From IMG/VR virus record IMGVR_UViG_3300043411_001114, positions 32,001 through 96,000 of that record: a DNA stretch of 64,000 nt; one strand, written 5' to 3'. The notes below the pieces were generated by a model that was given only the letters and a program-made list of their open reading frames with translations, ran no database searches and had not been told where the DNA came from. This document shows positions 48,413-57,886 of this stretch, piece after piece. Every line of letters starts with the position of its first letter. Position 1 is the stretch's first letter. The translations under genes and the position numbers were made by a program. Origin of the DNA: a virus.

Positions 48413-48484
48413 TTCGGAGCGCAGGGGTGACTGAAAACCAAGTTTTCTCACGCCTTAGTGGGCATCTGGCTATGAAGGGTCACG

Positions 48485-48751
48485 ATGTCTTTGTTGGACG
48501 GTCTTTACAGCGGAATAAAGTCCAATCTGGAGGAGCAGGCCAACGCTATCCTGCGCGAGGGACGCAAGGGGGTCACCGCCCTCTCGGAGAAGAAGGACTA
48601 CCTGACCGAGGAGCAGTTGAGCCTGCGCCAGGCCAGGGAGGTTCTCAACTCGAACGGGTTCCCCGACCCCTCGATTCGGCAGGGCCTTTATCGTCGGGCG
48701 CACAGCCCGACGGCCGGGAAGCGACCCGGCCGTCACCATCACGAGGACTGA
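48485..48751 (+). CDS. Hypothetical protein
   Basis: GAAGGG RBS, codon bias. Confidence 0.6.
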   Translation: MSLLDGLYSGIKSNLEEQANAILREGRKGVTALSEKKDYLTEEQLSLRQAREVLNSNGFPDPSIRQGLYRRAHSPTAGKRPGRHHHED

Positions 48752-48770
48752 TCGACCTCAGAGGATCACC

Positions 48771-49529
48771 ATGACCCGCTCCCGCAGGAACCATCCCCGG
48801 GTTGATGCCCGCGAACTGCAGCGGGAGGTCAACCAGGAGGTGAGGGAGATTCAGGCCTCCACCGGAGGCAGGCTCCCCGAGCACCGGTGTCGGGTCTGTC
48901 AGGACCCCGAGTCACGGAAGCGGGTTAATCGCCTCCTGGCTTACGGGATGCGTGTCCCGGAGATCGTTGAGCATGTCGCCGATCTCAACGAGAAGCGCCC
49001 GAAGAACGGGCAGATCACCTACTGGTCGATTCTGCGTCACTCCGAACGGCACTTCAATGTGCAGGACCCGGCCAATGCCGCCTATCGACGCATTCTGGAG
49101 CGGCGCAAGAAGCAGGCCGAACAGGATCTGGGTGAGGGTGCCGCACACCTCCTCACCGGCATGGCCTTCCTCGACATCGTCGCCCAGAAGGGCTTCGAGC
49201 ACCTCATCGACGAGACCACCGTCGTCGAGTACCAGGAGGGCCTCAAGGCCCAGTTGAAGCTGGAGGAGATGCAGCGCGAGGGGTCGATCGAGGAACAGGT
49301 CGCCGAGATGCGGCGCGACGTCTCCATCCTTCAGCAGGCCGTCAAGGATGTGGTTCCCACCGCCCTGCTGGCCGAGATTTCTTCCCGCATTGACGAACTG
49401 AAGGGCACCACCCGCGACGATGCCATTGACGCCGAGCTGGTCGATGACGACTATGATGACGAGGACGATGATCGTGGTTACGATCCGATGATCGGCCCCG
49501 ACTCCGGGGACCCCTTGGAGGATGCGTAA
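48771..49529 (+). CDS. Hypothetical protein with CxxC/H-H and HTH-like region
   Basis: CRVC...RHSERH; acidic tail; GAGG RBS. Confidence 0.65.
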   Translation: MTRSRRNHPRVDARELQREVNQEVREIQASTGGRLPEHRCRVCQDPESRKRVNRLLAYGMRVPEIVEHVADLNEKRPKNGQITYWSILRHSERHFNVQDPANAAYRRILERRKKQAEQDLGEGAAHLLTGMAFLDIVAQKGFEHLIDETTVVEYQEGLKAQLKLEEMQREGSIEEQVAEMRRDVSILQQAVKDVVPTALLAEISSRIDELKGTTRDDAIDAELVDDDYDDEDDDRGYDPMIGPDSGDPLEDA

Positions 49530-52500
49530 ATGGTCACCGAGGCCACCCGCCAGGTCATTCACTCCTCGGTCGACCTGCCCGGGTTCAGTGTGTCCACCGC
49601 GTCCCGGACACCCGAGTCGCCGCGCGCCGGATCGCTCTACGACACCACCACCATCGCCGCCGCCGTCCCGGTCTGGTTTCATCCCGGCCCGGATGGAAAC
49701 TACATCGTTCTGTTCTCGCGTCGATTGACGGCGGCCAGCCCGTCGGCTCAGGCCCCCACCGGACCCATCTTCTACGGCAGCGCCACCGCCGCCAGCGATC
49801 CGTGCTGGATGGTCGTCAACCCCTCCGGTTCGGTGGTCAGCAAGGTCGTCACCATCCCCAGCCAGACCTCCGGAACCAGAGTCCTCACCTCGGCCGCCAG
49901 TTCCGGTGAGTACCTGTTCGTCCTCAATCGGTATCAGGCCGAGGAAGACGGTCCGTTCACGGCGCTGCTGCAGCACTTCCGCATCTCCCGGGAGCAGGGG
50001 GTCAGCCTCGTCGCCGAGGAGGAGGTGCCCCGCGATCTGTCTCTGGGACTCTTCGTCGATCGCAGCCACATCTGGGTTTTCGGTGATGACGGCACCGGGA
50101 AGTTGGCGATGGCCCGCAAGAACTGGGGCCGTATCGGCGGCTCCGACCTCAGCCCCTCGCGCGACTGGCAGTTCCGTTCCTCGCTCGGCTGGAACTCCAG
50201 TCCCGAGCAACTCATCGCCCTCCCTGGTGACATTCCCGCCGCCGGGCCGTGTTCGGTGGCCCGGTACCGAGATCACTACTACCTGGTGGCCACCGAGTCG
50301 ATCCCCGCCGCCTCAGGGGCGAGCGGTGCCTCCGGTGCCTCCGGTGCCTCGGGGGCCAGTGGGCTTCCCGTCAGCCCCATCCAGACCATCCTGAACCAGC
50401 TGGTCGCGGTTCTCAACGGCGTCATCAATGGCTTCATCACCGTCGGTGCCGGAGCGATCGCGGTCATCACCGACCTACTCACCCGTGCCGTGGAGGCGAT
50501 CACCGAAATACCGGGAGCCAACGAGTCCGGCATCCCCGCCCTGGTGTCCGGTTTCCTCAATGCCCTCACCGGGATCGGGACGGTCATCAGCAACCCGGCG
50601 AATGCTCTGGCCAACATCATCGCCGCCATCGCTGACCTTCCCGTCATCGGCGGTGTGGTGACGATGGCACAGGATTTTCTGGAGTCGGCGATCGACACTA
50701 TTATCGGCATCGCCACCCCCATTCTGGCCGGGCCGATCGCGCTCCTGGAGCAGATCATTCGCACCATCACCGGAATCTTCATTCCCGGCGCGAGTGGTGC
50801 TTCGGGCGCGAGTGGTGCCTCAGGCGCATCCGGTGCTTCGGGGGCCTCCGGTCCTCCCACCCTGTACTCCCGGGCCTTCACCAGCCGCCGTGTCGATGCC
50901 AAGTGGGACCCCTACCCACTTGCTCATGAACTCGGAATCCCCGACGAGCAGTACCTCGGTTCCGGGGTGTACCTGCAGGGGCAGTTGCCCGTAGCTCCCG
51001 GATTCACCACCACCGTCACCTCATCGGGTGTCACCATCCTCGAACCGTCCAGCGACCACGTCCAGGTCTTCACCGGCTCGTCTCCGCACACCGTCATCCT
51101 TCCCGCCGCCGCCAAACGCACCGGAACGATCACCAACCCGGACGGCACCGTCATCACCCCCGAGGTCGTGCTCCCCGTCATCACCATCGCCGACGCCACC
51201 ATCTCCGAAGGCCGTTCGGGCACCACCTCCATCGTCAGGATCACCGTCACCCTGTCCGAGCCGTCCGACGTTCCCGCCTCGGTCTCGTACAAGACCGTCG
51301 AAGATGAGGACGGCGAAGACCCGGCCACGCCGGGAACCGACTACACCGAGGTGTTGGAGGGAAGCATCGTCTTTGCGCCCGGGGTCATCGAACAGCAGGC
51401 GATCGTGTCGGTGCGGGGCGACATTGTCATCGAGGAGGACGAGACCTTCCTGGTCACGCTCTTCGATCCTGTCAATGCCGCACTTGACGAGGATGACACG
51501 GCGGTCGTCACCGTCGAAAACGATGACAATGTCGTCTCCATCATCGAGTCGCTGATAGAGGACTTTCAGAACATCGTCAACGGAGTCATCAGCGGTGCCA
51601 TCAAGATCGGTTCGGCGGTGGTCACCACCGTGGCCACCATCCTGGAGCAGGCGGCCCGCACCTTCACCGGTGTGGTGGGCAGCGTTGGTGGTCTGGCGGT
51701 CGGGCTGATCAGCGACTTCCTGTCGCTGATTTCCGGCGGCGCTCTGGAGATTCCCGACGCCCCCGACCCGGCCGACGTCCTGGCGCAGATCATCTCCCAG
51801 ATCACCGGATTCGGCAGCTCGGTAGAGGGTTCGATCGTCCTGCTGGCGCAAACCTTCTACAACACCGTCACCACCACCGTCACCAACACCATCGTCCGAT
51901 CGGTCAATCTGTTTCGGGACCTGGTCGCGGCGATTACCGGAATCTTCGGCGGTGGGTCGTCGCTGATGATGACCCTGGGCGACGTCGGTGCCTCGGGGGC
52001 CTCGGGGGCCTCTGGTCCTCCCCCGATCTCCTACCTGCCCTACACCATCCATAACCAGTCCACCGCCGACGTTCAGGTCATGCCGTATGCCCGCGACAAG
52101 ATGATTCGGGTTCCGCACGGGAGCGGCATGACCTTCACCCCTTACGTCGCCGATCCGGTGTCGATCAAGAACTGGTCGTGGGTGTTCGCCTTCGACCGGG
52201 CACCCCGCCCCCGCAGCGGCTTCCCCTATGTCCTCACCACCCGGCTGACCCACTCCGATTTCCCGGACAGGTTCACCTACTGGACACGGTGGGACGTCCT
52301 GGACCCCGTCGCCCCGAAGACCGTTCTCAGCGGTTTGATCGCCGCCGACCCGGCGCTTCTGCCCGCGCCCCCCGAAGAGGTTGTTGATGCGATGAGCCGC
52401 TTCGTCAGCGTGGTCGGGGCGGTGGTCGACGGCGTCATCGCGGTCGGTGCCGGGGTGGTGGGAACGGTCAGCGACATCATCACCGAAGCGGTGCGGGCGA

Positions 52501-52772
52501 TCACCGGAAGCGATCCCACCCCCAGCGCCGACGTCCCCGGTCTGGTGACGGGATTCCTGCAGGAGTTGGCCACCGCCGGGGTCACCCCCGACGCGGCCCT
52601 GTCCTTCGAGAACCTCATCCGGCAGATCACCGGCGGCACCAGTACCAATGTTCCCGACCCGCTGGAGTTCGTCACGGCGGCGGTGGACGGCATTGAGGAC
52701 GTCATCGAGGATATTTTCGAGGCCATCGCCGCACTGTTCCAGTCTCTTGTGCGGGGCATCACCGGGCAGTGA
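49530..52772 (+). CDS. Large probable virion protein with Calx-beta domain, helical repeats and (GAS)n linkers
   Basis: ITIADATISEG...VTLS.P....SVSY.T...ATPGTDY...G.IVFAPG.....V.V.GD...E.DETF.VTL. Confidence 0.75.
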   Translation: MVTEATRQVIHSSVDLPGFSVSTASRTPESPRAGSLYDTTTIAAAVPVWFHPGPDGNYIVLFSRRLTAASPSAQAPTGPIFYGSATAASDPCWMVVNPSGSVVSKVVTIPSQTSGTRVLTSAASSGEYLFVLNRYQAEEDGPFTALLQHFRISREQGVSLVAEEEVPRDLSLGLFVDRSHIWVFGDDGTGKLAMARKNWGRIGGSDLSPSRDWQFRSSLGWNSSPEQLIALPGDIPAAGPCSVARYRDHYYLVATESIPAASGASGASGASGASGASGLPVSPIQTILNQLVAVLNGVINGFITVGAGAIAVITDLLTRAVEAITEIPGANESGIPALVSGFLNALTGIGTVISNPANALANIIAAIADLPVIGGVVTMAQDFLESAIDTIIGIATPILAGPIALLEQIIRTITGIFIPGASGASGASGASGASGASGASGPPTLYSRAFTSRRVDAKWDPYPLAHELGIPDEQYLGSGVYLQGQLPVAPGFTTTVTSSGVTILEPSSDHVQVFTGSSPHTVILPAAAKRTGTITNPDGTVITPEVVLPVITIADATISEGRSGTTSIVRITVTLSEPSDVPASVSYKTVEDEDGEDPATPGTDYTEVLEGSIVFAPGVIEQQAIVSVRGDIVIEEDETFLVTLFDPVNAALDEDDTAVVTVENDDNVVSIIESLIEDFQNIVNGVISGAIKIGSAVVTTVATILEQAARTFTGVVGSVGGLAVGLISDFLSLISGGALEIPDAPDPADVLAQIISQITGFGSSVEGSIVLLAQTFYNTVTTTVTNTIVRSVNLFRDLVAAITGIFGGGSSLMMTLGDVGASGASGASGPPPISYLPYTIHNQSTADVQVMPYARDKMIRVPHGSGMTFTPYVADPVSIKNWSWVFAFDRAPRPRSGFPYVLTTRLTHSDFPDRFTYWTRWDVLDPVAPKTVLSGLIAADPALLPAPPEEVVDAMSRFVSVVGAVVDGVIAVGAGVVGTVSDIITEAVRAITGSDPTPSADVPGLVTGFLQELATAGVTPDAALSFENLIRQITGGTSTNVPDPLEFVTAAVDGIEDVIEDIFEAIAALFQSLVRGITGQ
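50311..50363 (+). repeat. 9-bp tandem repeat encoding (ASG)n; also at ~50787-50852 and ~51988-52016
   Basis: GGNGCNTCN/AGY repeats. Confidence 0.85.
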
Positions 52773-52831
52773 TTTCGTGGTGTAGTCTCTACCCAATAAC
52801 CCACCCCACCATTTTCTGAACAGGAGTTACC

Positions 52832-53854
52832 TTGCTGGTCGCAGACTTGAAATCTCACCTCTCACAGGTGGATGAGCGTGCTATTGAAACCACCCTCGGT
52901 GCCCTGGAGGTCGACCCCGAGGCCCGGTACATCCGCACCGCCTCCGGCGAGGAGTTCGCCCTCGACGAGCAGGCCGAGCGGAGCCTGTCCGCCTACCTCG
53001 GGGTCTCCAAAACCTACCTCGCGAAGTGCCCGCCCGACCTCAAGTCGCACAACCTCAACTACTGGCTGCAGCGCCGCGAGAACGCTGCCGCCGTGATCGA
53101 GGCCACCGGAGACCACTGGGTGACCATCCACAAGCCGGGGTTGATCGTACTCCCTCTGGCCCGGGTCGCCGACGTCATCACCGCCACGATGGACCCCTCC
53201 TACGAGATCGTCCAACTGCTGCGCGACGACACCCGGTTCCATGTCGACATCATTACCCCGCATCATGTTGAGATTCCTCGCGACGAGCGCATCGAGGATC
53301 GTACCCGGCCCAATGACGAGCACCAGGTGGGCGACATCACCCACGGCGGGGTTCGCATCCTGTCCAACCCGTCCGAGCAGCAGGCTCCCCAGGTGTTGAC
53401 CTACCTCCACCGGCTCTGGTGCACCAACGGGTCCACCAGCCCCGAGGCGGAGGGCATCATCAAACTCAAGGGCCACACCCTCGATGACATCTTTGTCGAG
53501 ATGGAGGCCGCCTGCCGCCGGGTGATGGGTGACCTCGACCAGAAACTGGCCGACTACGCCGCCCTGGCACACACCTACCCGCCCGGTAGCCCGACCCGGT
53601 TCGCCTACCAGCTGGGCCGCGAATACGGGCTGGGTCAGCGCCTGATGGATCGGGTGATGGAGCGGGTCAGCATTCTGCCCGAGGACGCCTCCCTCTACGA
53701 CGTTCAGCAGATTTTCACCGAACTCGCTAACTCCGGTTCGGTCAACTACAAGACGATGGTTCGTCTTCAGCACCTCTCGGGTGATCTGGCTTTCTCCACC
53801 GATGCCGTCACCCATCGTTGCGGCCAGTGCGAGAGGTTGTTCCCCGGTGAGTGA
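52832..53854 (+). CDS. DUF932-like protein
   Basis: GVRILSN...YLHRLWCTNG; CAGGAG RBS before TTG. Confidence 0.65.
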   Translation: MLVADLKSHLSQVDERAIETTLGALEVDPEARYIRTASGEEFALDEQAERSLSAYLGVSKTYLAKCPPDLKSHNLNYWLQRRENAAAVIEATGDHWVTIHKPGLIVLPLARVADVITATMDPSYEIVQLLRDDTRFHVDIITPHHVEIPRDERIEDRTRPNDEHQVGDITHGGVRILSNPSEQQAPQVLTYLHRLWCTNGSTSPEAEGIIKLKGHTLDDIFVEMEAACRRVMGDLDQKLADYAALAHTYPPGSPTRFAYQLGREYGLGQRLMDRVMERVSILPEDASLYDVQQIFTELANSGSVNYKTMVRLQHLSGDLAFSTDAVTHRCGQCERLFPGE

Positions 53855-54284
53855 GATTATCGACCTCTCCCAGTTGGGAAAGCAGAGGGCACCCCAGCCG
53901 CCGCCCGAGGCGGTTGAGGTGTATCCCTCGGAGATGCCCAAGATCAAGGCGGCCCTGAAGTCTTTGGAAGACATGTTCGCGCGCAAGGTGGTCGATGATC
54001 CCCTCGCCGCCGCCGAGGCTTTCAATCAGGCCGCCGGTAACGTCTTCCATGATCTCGGGTTCGTCGTCGAGGTCGAGTGGTTCGAGGCCAAGGAAAACCC
54101 CTACGGCGAGGCCAAAATGCACATCCCCCGGGTGAGTATCGCCGGACGGGTTCGCAAAGAGTCCGAGGTCGACCACGACCGGATGCGTCACGACGTCGTC
54201 ACCGGCTTGGCGGACGGCCGCCCCGGCTACATCCGGGAGGACGGCACCGAGCACGAGGACCCGATCCGGAAGGTCATCACCTAA
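53847..54284 (+). CDS. Hypothetical protein
   Basis: GTG overlapping the previous stop; GAGG RBS. Confidence 0.6.
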   Translation: MSEIIDLSQLGKQRAPQPPPEAVEVYPSEMPKIKAALKSLEDMFARKVVDDPLAAAEAFNQAAGNVFHDLGFVVEVEWFEAKENPYGEAKMHIPRVSIAGRVRKESEVDHDRMRHDVVTGLADGRPGYIREDGTEHEDPIRKVIT

Positions 54285-54286
54285 CC

Positions 54287-54688
54287 ATGCCCGACCTGCC
54301 CGCCAAGGCCACCGCTCAGACTTTCTCTGCCGAGATGGCCACCGAGAGGGGGCTTTCTCCGGTGCAGTGGAGCGATAAGTGTTTCCTGTGCAGCAGGGAG
54401 ATCGCCGAGTCCGATCCCCGGCAGTTCTATCAGGGCAAGTCGGCGATGATGCTCTGCCACACCGGGTGCCTGAATATCATGACCACCAGCGGCGGTAAGC
54501 CCGCCGACTACCATCGGGCCGTGGCCGGTAAGGCCGCCCCGCCACCGGCGGAGCCGGGTTACACCGGCCCGGGCTGGCTTGATTTTCCCACCCTGGCTGC
54601 CCTCCAGGACTACGTTAGGGCCAAGGGGGACATACCGTCCCACATCAAGGTGACGGTGGCCAGGGCTGTCATCCAGGCCGGTGAGTGA
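54287..54688 (+). CDS. Hypothetical protein (CxxC...HxxC Zn finger)
   Basis: CFLC...CHTGC. Confidence 0.6.
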   Translation: MPDLPAKATAQTFSAEMATERGLSPVQWSDKCFLCSREIAESDPRQFYQGKSAMMLCHTGCLNIMTTSGGKPADYHRAVAGKAAPPPAEPGYTGPGWLDFPTLAALQDYVRAKGDIPSHIKVTVARAVIQAGE

Positions 54689-54938
54689 GTCACCTCAGCC
54701 TCGTGTCGAGGTAGACATCAGGGGAACCCTGGTGGGTTTCTTGCGCCGCGACGTCCGGCAACTCAGCAATGACGAGCGGAGTCGGGTCGAGGATCTGGTC
54801 GCCGAACAGCAGCGCGAGGCCGGTCCGGGACGGTCGGTGACCCGACTGGTCATCGAGACCGACTATCCCGACCCGGATCGTTTGTCCTACGTCGCCAGCT
54901 ACCGGGTGACCATGTCGGGAGACTCGGAGGCGTCGTGA
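54681..54938 (+). CDS. Hypothetical protein
   Basis: Overlapping start. Confidence 0.55.
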   Translation: MSESPQPRVEVDIRGTLVGFLRRDVRQLSNDERSRVEDLVAEQQREAGPGRSVTRLVIETDYPDPDRLSYVASYRVTMSGDSEAS

Positions 54939-54989
54939 ACCTGCACTCCTGGCGGTCACTCCCTAGAAGAGTTGAGGGAAGGGTGGCCG

Positions 54990-55091
54990 ATGACGATACC
55001 AAGAATCGCGCTCGTCCTGGTGGCGTCGGCCCTGATTGGATTCGGTACCGTGTATCTGGCCGTGTGTGAGTTTGCGAGTTCGGTGGAGTGA
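54990..55091 (+). CDS. Small membrane protein (33 aa)
   Basis: GAAGGGTGG RBS; single hydrophobic helix. Confidence 0.45.
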   Translation: MTIPRIALVLVASALIGFGTVYLAVCEFASSVE

Positions 55092-55093
55092 CC

Positions 55094-55240
55094 ATGATTA
55101 TGGGTGAGCATCCGGCGCTGTCGGATCAGGAAATTGAGGCCATCGCCCGGCAGCGGTGGGAGTCCGGCCTCAAGACCTCCCTCTTCGAGTTCGTGCCCTT
55201 CGTCATCGGTGTCTCCGACGAGTGGGTGCATTACTCATGA
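55094..55240 (+). CDS. Small hypothetical protein (48 aa)
   Basis: GGAG RBS; ATGA overlap with the next gene. Confidence 0.45.
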   Translation: MIMGEHPALSDQEIEAIARQRWESGLKTSLFEFVPFVIGVSDEWVHYS

Positions 55241-55560
55241 GGTGTGAGGTCAAAGAGTTCGCCCGCGCCTGGTGGGCGCACGGCGGTGGTGCCGCCATCC
55301 TCTTCCTGACCATTGTCACCGGGGTGTTCCGCTCCCCTCGTGACGTCCTGTTCTGGTTCTCCGCGCTGTTCCTGGTCGCTCACACCGTCATGGCCCTGCA
55401 CCACTACCTCAAATCCCGTTCGATGCGGGTCACCGCCGTGGTGGAGAGTGTGTATCCCTCCCGCCCCGTGCCGGTCCAGACCTTCCTGCCGCCCCCGATC
55501 ACCAGCCTGGTCTCCCTGCACATTCCGCCGAATCTTCTGGGGAAGAGTTCCAAGACTTGA
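55237..55560 (+). CDS. Membrane protein (2 TM helices)
   Basis: Two hydrophobic segments. Confidence 0.55.
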   Translation: MRCEVKEFARAWWAHGGGAAILFLTIVTGVFRSPRDVLFWFSALFLVAHTVMALHHYLKSRSMRVTAVVESVYPSRPVPVQTFLPPPITSLVSLHIPPNLLGKSSKT

Positions 55561-55630
55561 TGCTTGGGCTATAGATGGGTTACAATTAAGGGGTACGCAC
55601 CGCCACCACCACCCCGAAGGAGTAGCCGAC
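55557..55630 (+). promoter_or_regulatory. Promoter with CAC-repeat leader
   Basis: TTGATG-18-TACAAT, CACCGCCACCACCACCCC, AAGGAG. Confidence 0.7.
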
Positions 55631-56206
55631 ATGGCCCTCACCTACCCCGCCTCCCCGGCCCGGATCAAGTTCATGCGCGACCTGCTGGTCGAGCGCGACG
55701 TCCCGGCCGAGGCCGCCGCCCGCCTGTCCTCCCGTCTGGACGACAACAACGTCACCAGCAACGAGGCCAAGAGCTACATCGAGTGGATGCTGGCCCGCCC
55801 CCGCGTCGCCACCGCCGCACCGCGCCGCTCCGGCCCGCAGGTCGGTGAGGGGTTCTACTTCCATCAGGGTCAGGTGGTGAAGGTCGAGCGCTCCGATCGT
55901 GGCGGCTACCTCTTCGCCCGCATTGTCACCGGCGCGAAGTTCCTGAAGGCCCCCAAGGGGATGCTGTACCGCATCACCCCCGACGAGGAGATGACCCCCG
56001 AGGCGGTCGCCGCCTACGGTGTGCAGCACGAGGTCTGCTGCAACTGCGCGACCAAGCTGTCCGATCCGGTCAGCAAGAAGGTCGGCCTCGGCACCAAGTG
56101 CGGCCCCGACCTGCTGGGTAGCGACTCCTACAAGGCGGCCCGCAAGGCTGCGGAGGCCGAACTGGCCACCGCCAACGATGACCTGGTGGCGCACTTCACC
56201 GCCTGA
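55631..56206 (+). CDS. DUF6011-like Zn-finger protein
   Basis: CCNC..KLSDP.S...GLG.KC. Confidence 0.75.
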   Translation: MALTYPASPARIKFMRDLLVERDVPAEAAARLSSRLDDNNVTSNEAKSYIEWMLARPRVATAAPRRSGPQVGEGFYFHQGQVVKVERSDRGGYLFARIVTGAKFLKAPKGMLYRITPDEEMTPEAVAAYGVQHEVCCNCATKLSDPVSKKVGLGTKCGPDLLGSDSYKAARKAAEAELATANDDLVAHFTA

Positions 56207-56213
56207 AAACTCC

Positions 56214-56256
56214 AACAAGGCCGGGAGCGGAGAAAATCCGCCCCGGTTTTGTTGTT
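56214..56256 (+). terminator. Intrinsic terminator
   Basis: AACAAGGCCGGG...CCCGGTTTTGTT hairpin with T-rich tail after the stop. Confidence 0.6.
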
Positions 56257-56317
56257 TCTTAACCTGTAGCCATGCTATAATTAAAGGACACCACCACCCA
56301 CCACCAAGGAGCCAGAC
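56252..56317 (+). promoter_or_regulatory. Promoter with CAC-repeat leader
   Basis: TTGTTT-18-TATAAT (TGc extension), GGACACCACCACCCACCACC, AAGGAG. Confidence 0.75.
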
Positions 56318-57010
56318 ATGACCGCCACCACCGCCACCAAGACCGTCACCTTCAAGTCCGGCCTGCTGGGCACCGTCGTCCTGAACTCCTACGTCGACCC
56401 CTTCCCGGGCGCGAAGGGCACCGACACCAAGCCGGGCACTTGCCCCCGCTGCGGCGGCTCCGGCTACTTCGACTGCTTCCGCCACATCTACTCCGGTCGC
56501 TGCTTCAAGTGCTTCGGCGTCGGCACCGTTCCGGTCAAGGTATCCACCCACCGGCGGCACGCCAAGATCGCCGCCTTCGCCACCGAGTACGCCGATCAGA
56601 TCGCCAACGCCAATGCCGTCTTCGAGGCCGCTCAGCAGGCCGCCCGCGCGGCCGAGGACTTCGCGGCCGACTGGGATGCCGCCCACGCCGAGGCCGCCAT
56701 CCGCAACGCTCGCGTCCAGGGATTCCTCGGCGAGGTCGGCGAGAAGATCGCCGCCACCGGCACGGTCGCGGTCGCCAAGTACATGTCCGGCTCCTACAAC
56801 CGCTCGGCTACGATGTTCCTGATTGTCAACGTCGACGGCGGCCAGGTCATCAAGATCTCCGGCTCTGCCAACAGCCTCTTCTCCGTCAGCCGGGGCGATC
56901 GGGTTCAGGTCACCGGCAAGGTGAAGGCCCACACCGTCTACAACGGTCAGGATCAGACCGTCCTGACCTTCGCCCAGGCGACCGTGCTGGATGCCCCTGA
57001 GGAGGTCTGA
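56318..57010 (+). CDS. Zn-finger + OB-fold protein
   Basis: CPRCGGSG...CFKCFG.G; GDRVQVTGKVKAH..YNG.DQT.L. Confidence 0.75.
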   Translation: MTATTATKTVTFKSGLLGTVVLNSYVDPFPGAKGTDTKPGTCPRCGGSGYFDCFRHIYSGRCFKCFGVGTVPVKVSTHRRHAKIAAFATEYADQIANANAVFEAAQQAARAAEDFAADWDAAHAEAAIRNARVQGFLGEVGEKIAATGTVAVAKYMSGSYNRSATMFLIVNVDGGQVIKISGSANSLFSVSRGDRVQVTGKVKAHTVYNGQDQTVLTFAQATVLDAPEEV

Positions 57011-57027
57011 TCGCCTCCCTCTCGACC

Positions 57028-57069
57028 GCTCAGCCCCCGGGAACCCCCGTCCCCCGGGGGTTGAGCTTT
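57028..57069 (+). terminator. Intrinsic terminator
   Basis: GCTCAGCCCCCGGG...CCCGGGGGTTGAGC then TTT. Confidence 0.7.
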
Positions 57070-57088
57070 ATCCGAAAGGTTTCTGTCC

Positions 57089-57421
57089 ATGAATGAAGAT
57101 GACCCCCATGACATTCCGGTGCCTCCCCACCTGCGTCACCCGCCTCGGGTGGAACTCACCTTCATCTGCCTGGCCTGGATGCACCGCCTCGCCGAGGCGG
57201 TCGGATCCGAGGTCTTCGCCGAGAGGCGCGAGCGTGCCCTGTACTACCTCGCGCACGCCGAGAGTCGGGTAGTCACCCCGGCCGAGAGGATTGTCGTCGA
57301 GGGGCTGCACTTCACTCTTGAACTGCTGGTCGAGGAGGATAAGCGGGTGCAATCGCTCATCGCTGCCGCCTGCGCGCAGATGCGGGTGGACGACATGGTG
57401 AAGATGAATGAGTTGGATTAG
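57089..57421 (+). CDS. Hypothetical protein
   Basis: GAAAGG RBS. Confidence 0.6.
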   Translation: MNEDDPHDIPVPPHLRHPPRVELTFICLAWMHRLAEAVGSEVFAERRERALYYLAHAESRVVTPAERIVVEGLHFTLELLVEEDKRVQSLIAAACAQMRVDDMVKMNELD

Positions 57422-57454
57422 GTTTTCGGGTTCTGGTGTGTGTATAATTGAGGC

Positions 57455-57625
57455 ATGCTCACCACCGCCGCCATCCAGAACATCCCGGAGCGTGTCTCCT
57501 GCCCCCAGTGCGATCACAGCGCACGCATCGTCGAACTCCGCGCCTTTGGGGTCGACCGCCACCGTTCCACCCTGTCCTGCGGTCACGTCGTGACCAGGGA
57601 CTCGATCGGGCTAGACGTCAACTAG
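57455..57625 (+). CDS. Small Zn-ribbon protein (56 aa), probably leaderless
   Basis: TATAAT at 57443-57448, 6 nt before ATG; CPQC...CGH. Confidence 0.6.
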   Translation: MLTTAAIQNIPERVSCPQCDHSARIVELRAFGVDRHRSTLSCGHVVTRDSIGLDVN

Positions 57626-57699
57626 CCCCACAAGGCTGCGGGTTGCCATTGCCGGGTTTGGTGGTGGTGCTAAAAACCTGGCGACAGCGCCACCCGCAC

Positions 57700-57740
57700 A
57701 AGTCCCCCCGGGAGAGCAATCCCCCGGGGGGACTTTCTTG
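57700..57740 (+). terminator. Intrinsic terminator
   Basis: AAGTCCCCCCGGG...CCCGGGGGGACTT then TCTT. Confidence 0.7.
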
Positions 57741-57757
57741 TTACCATAGTTTTCAAC

Positions 57758-57886
57758 ATGAGCCGTTACGCCGATAAGAGAACCAGGCCCGGGTGTCGTG
57801 TCGAGGGGTGCCAGCATACCGCCGTCCAGTTGAGAATCCGAATGGGCATCCTGGGTTGGTACTGCGCAGAGCATCTAAATAAGTGA
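57758..57886 (+). CDS. Small Zn-finger protein (42 aa)
   Basis: C....C...YC..H; CATAGT -10-like box just upstream. Confidence 0.45.
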   Translation: MSRYADKRTRPGCRVEGCQHTAVQLRIRMGILGWYCAEHLNK

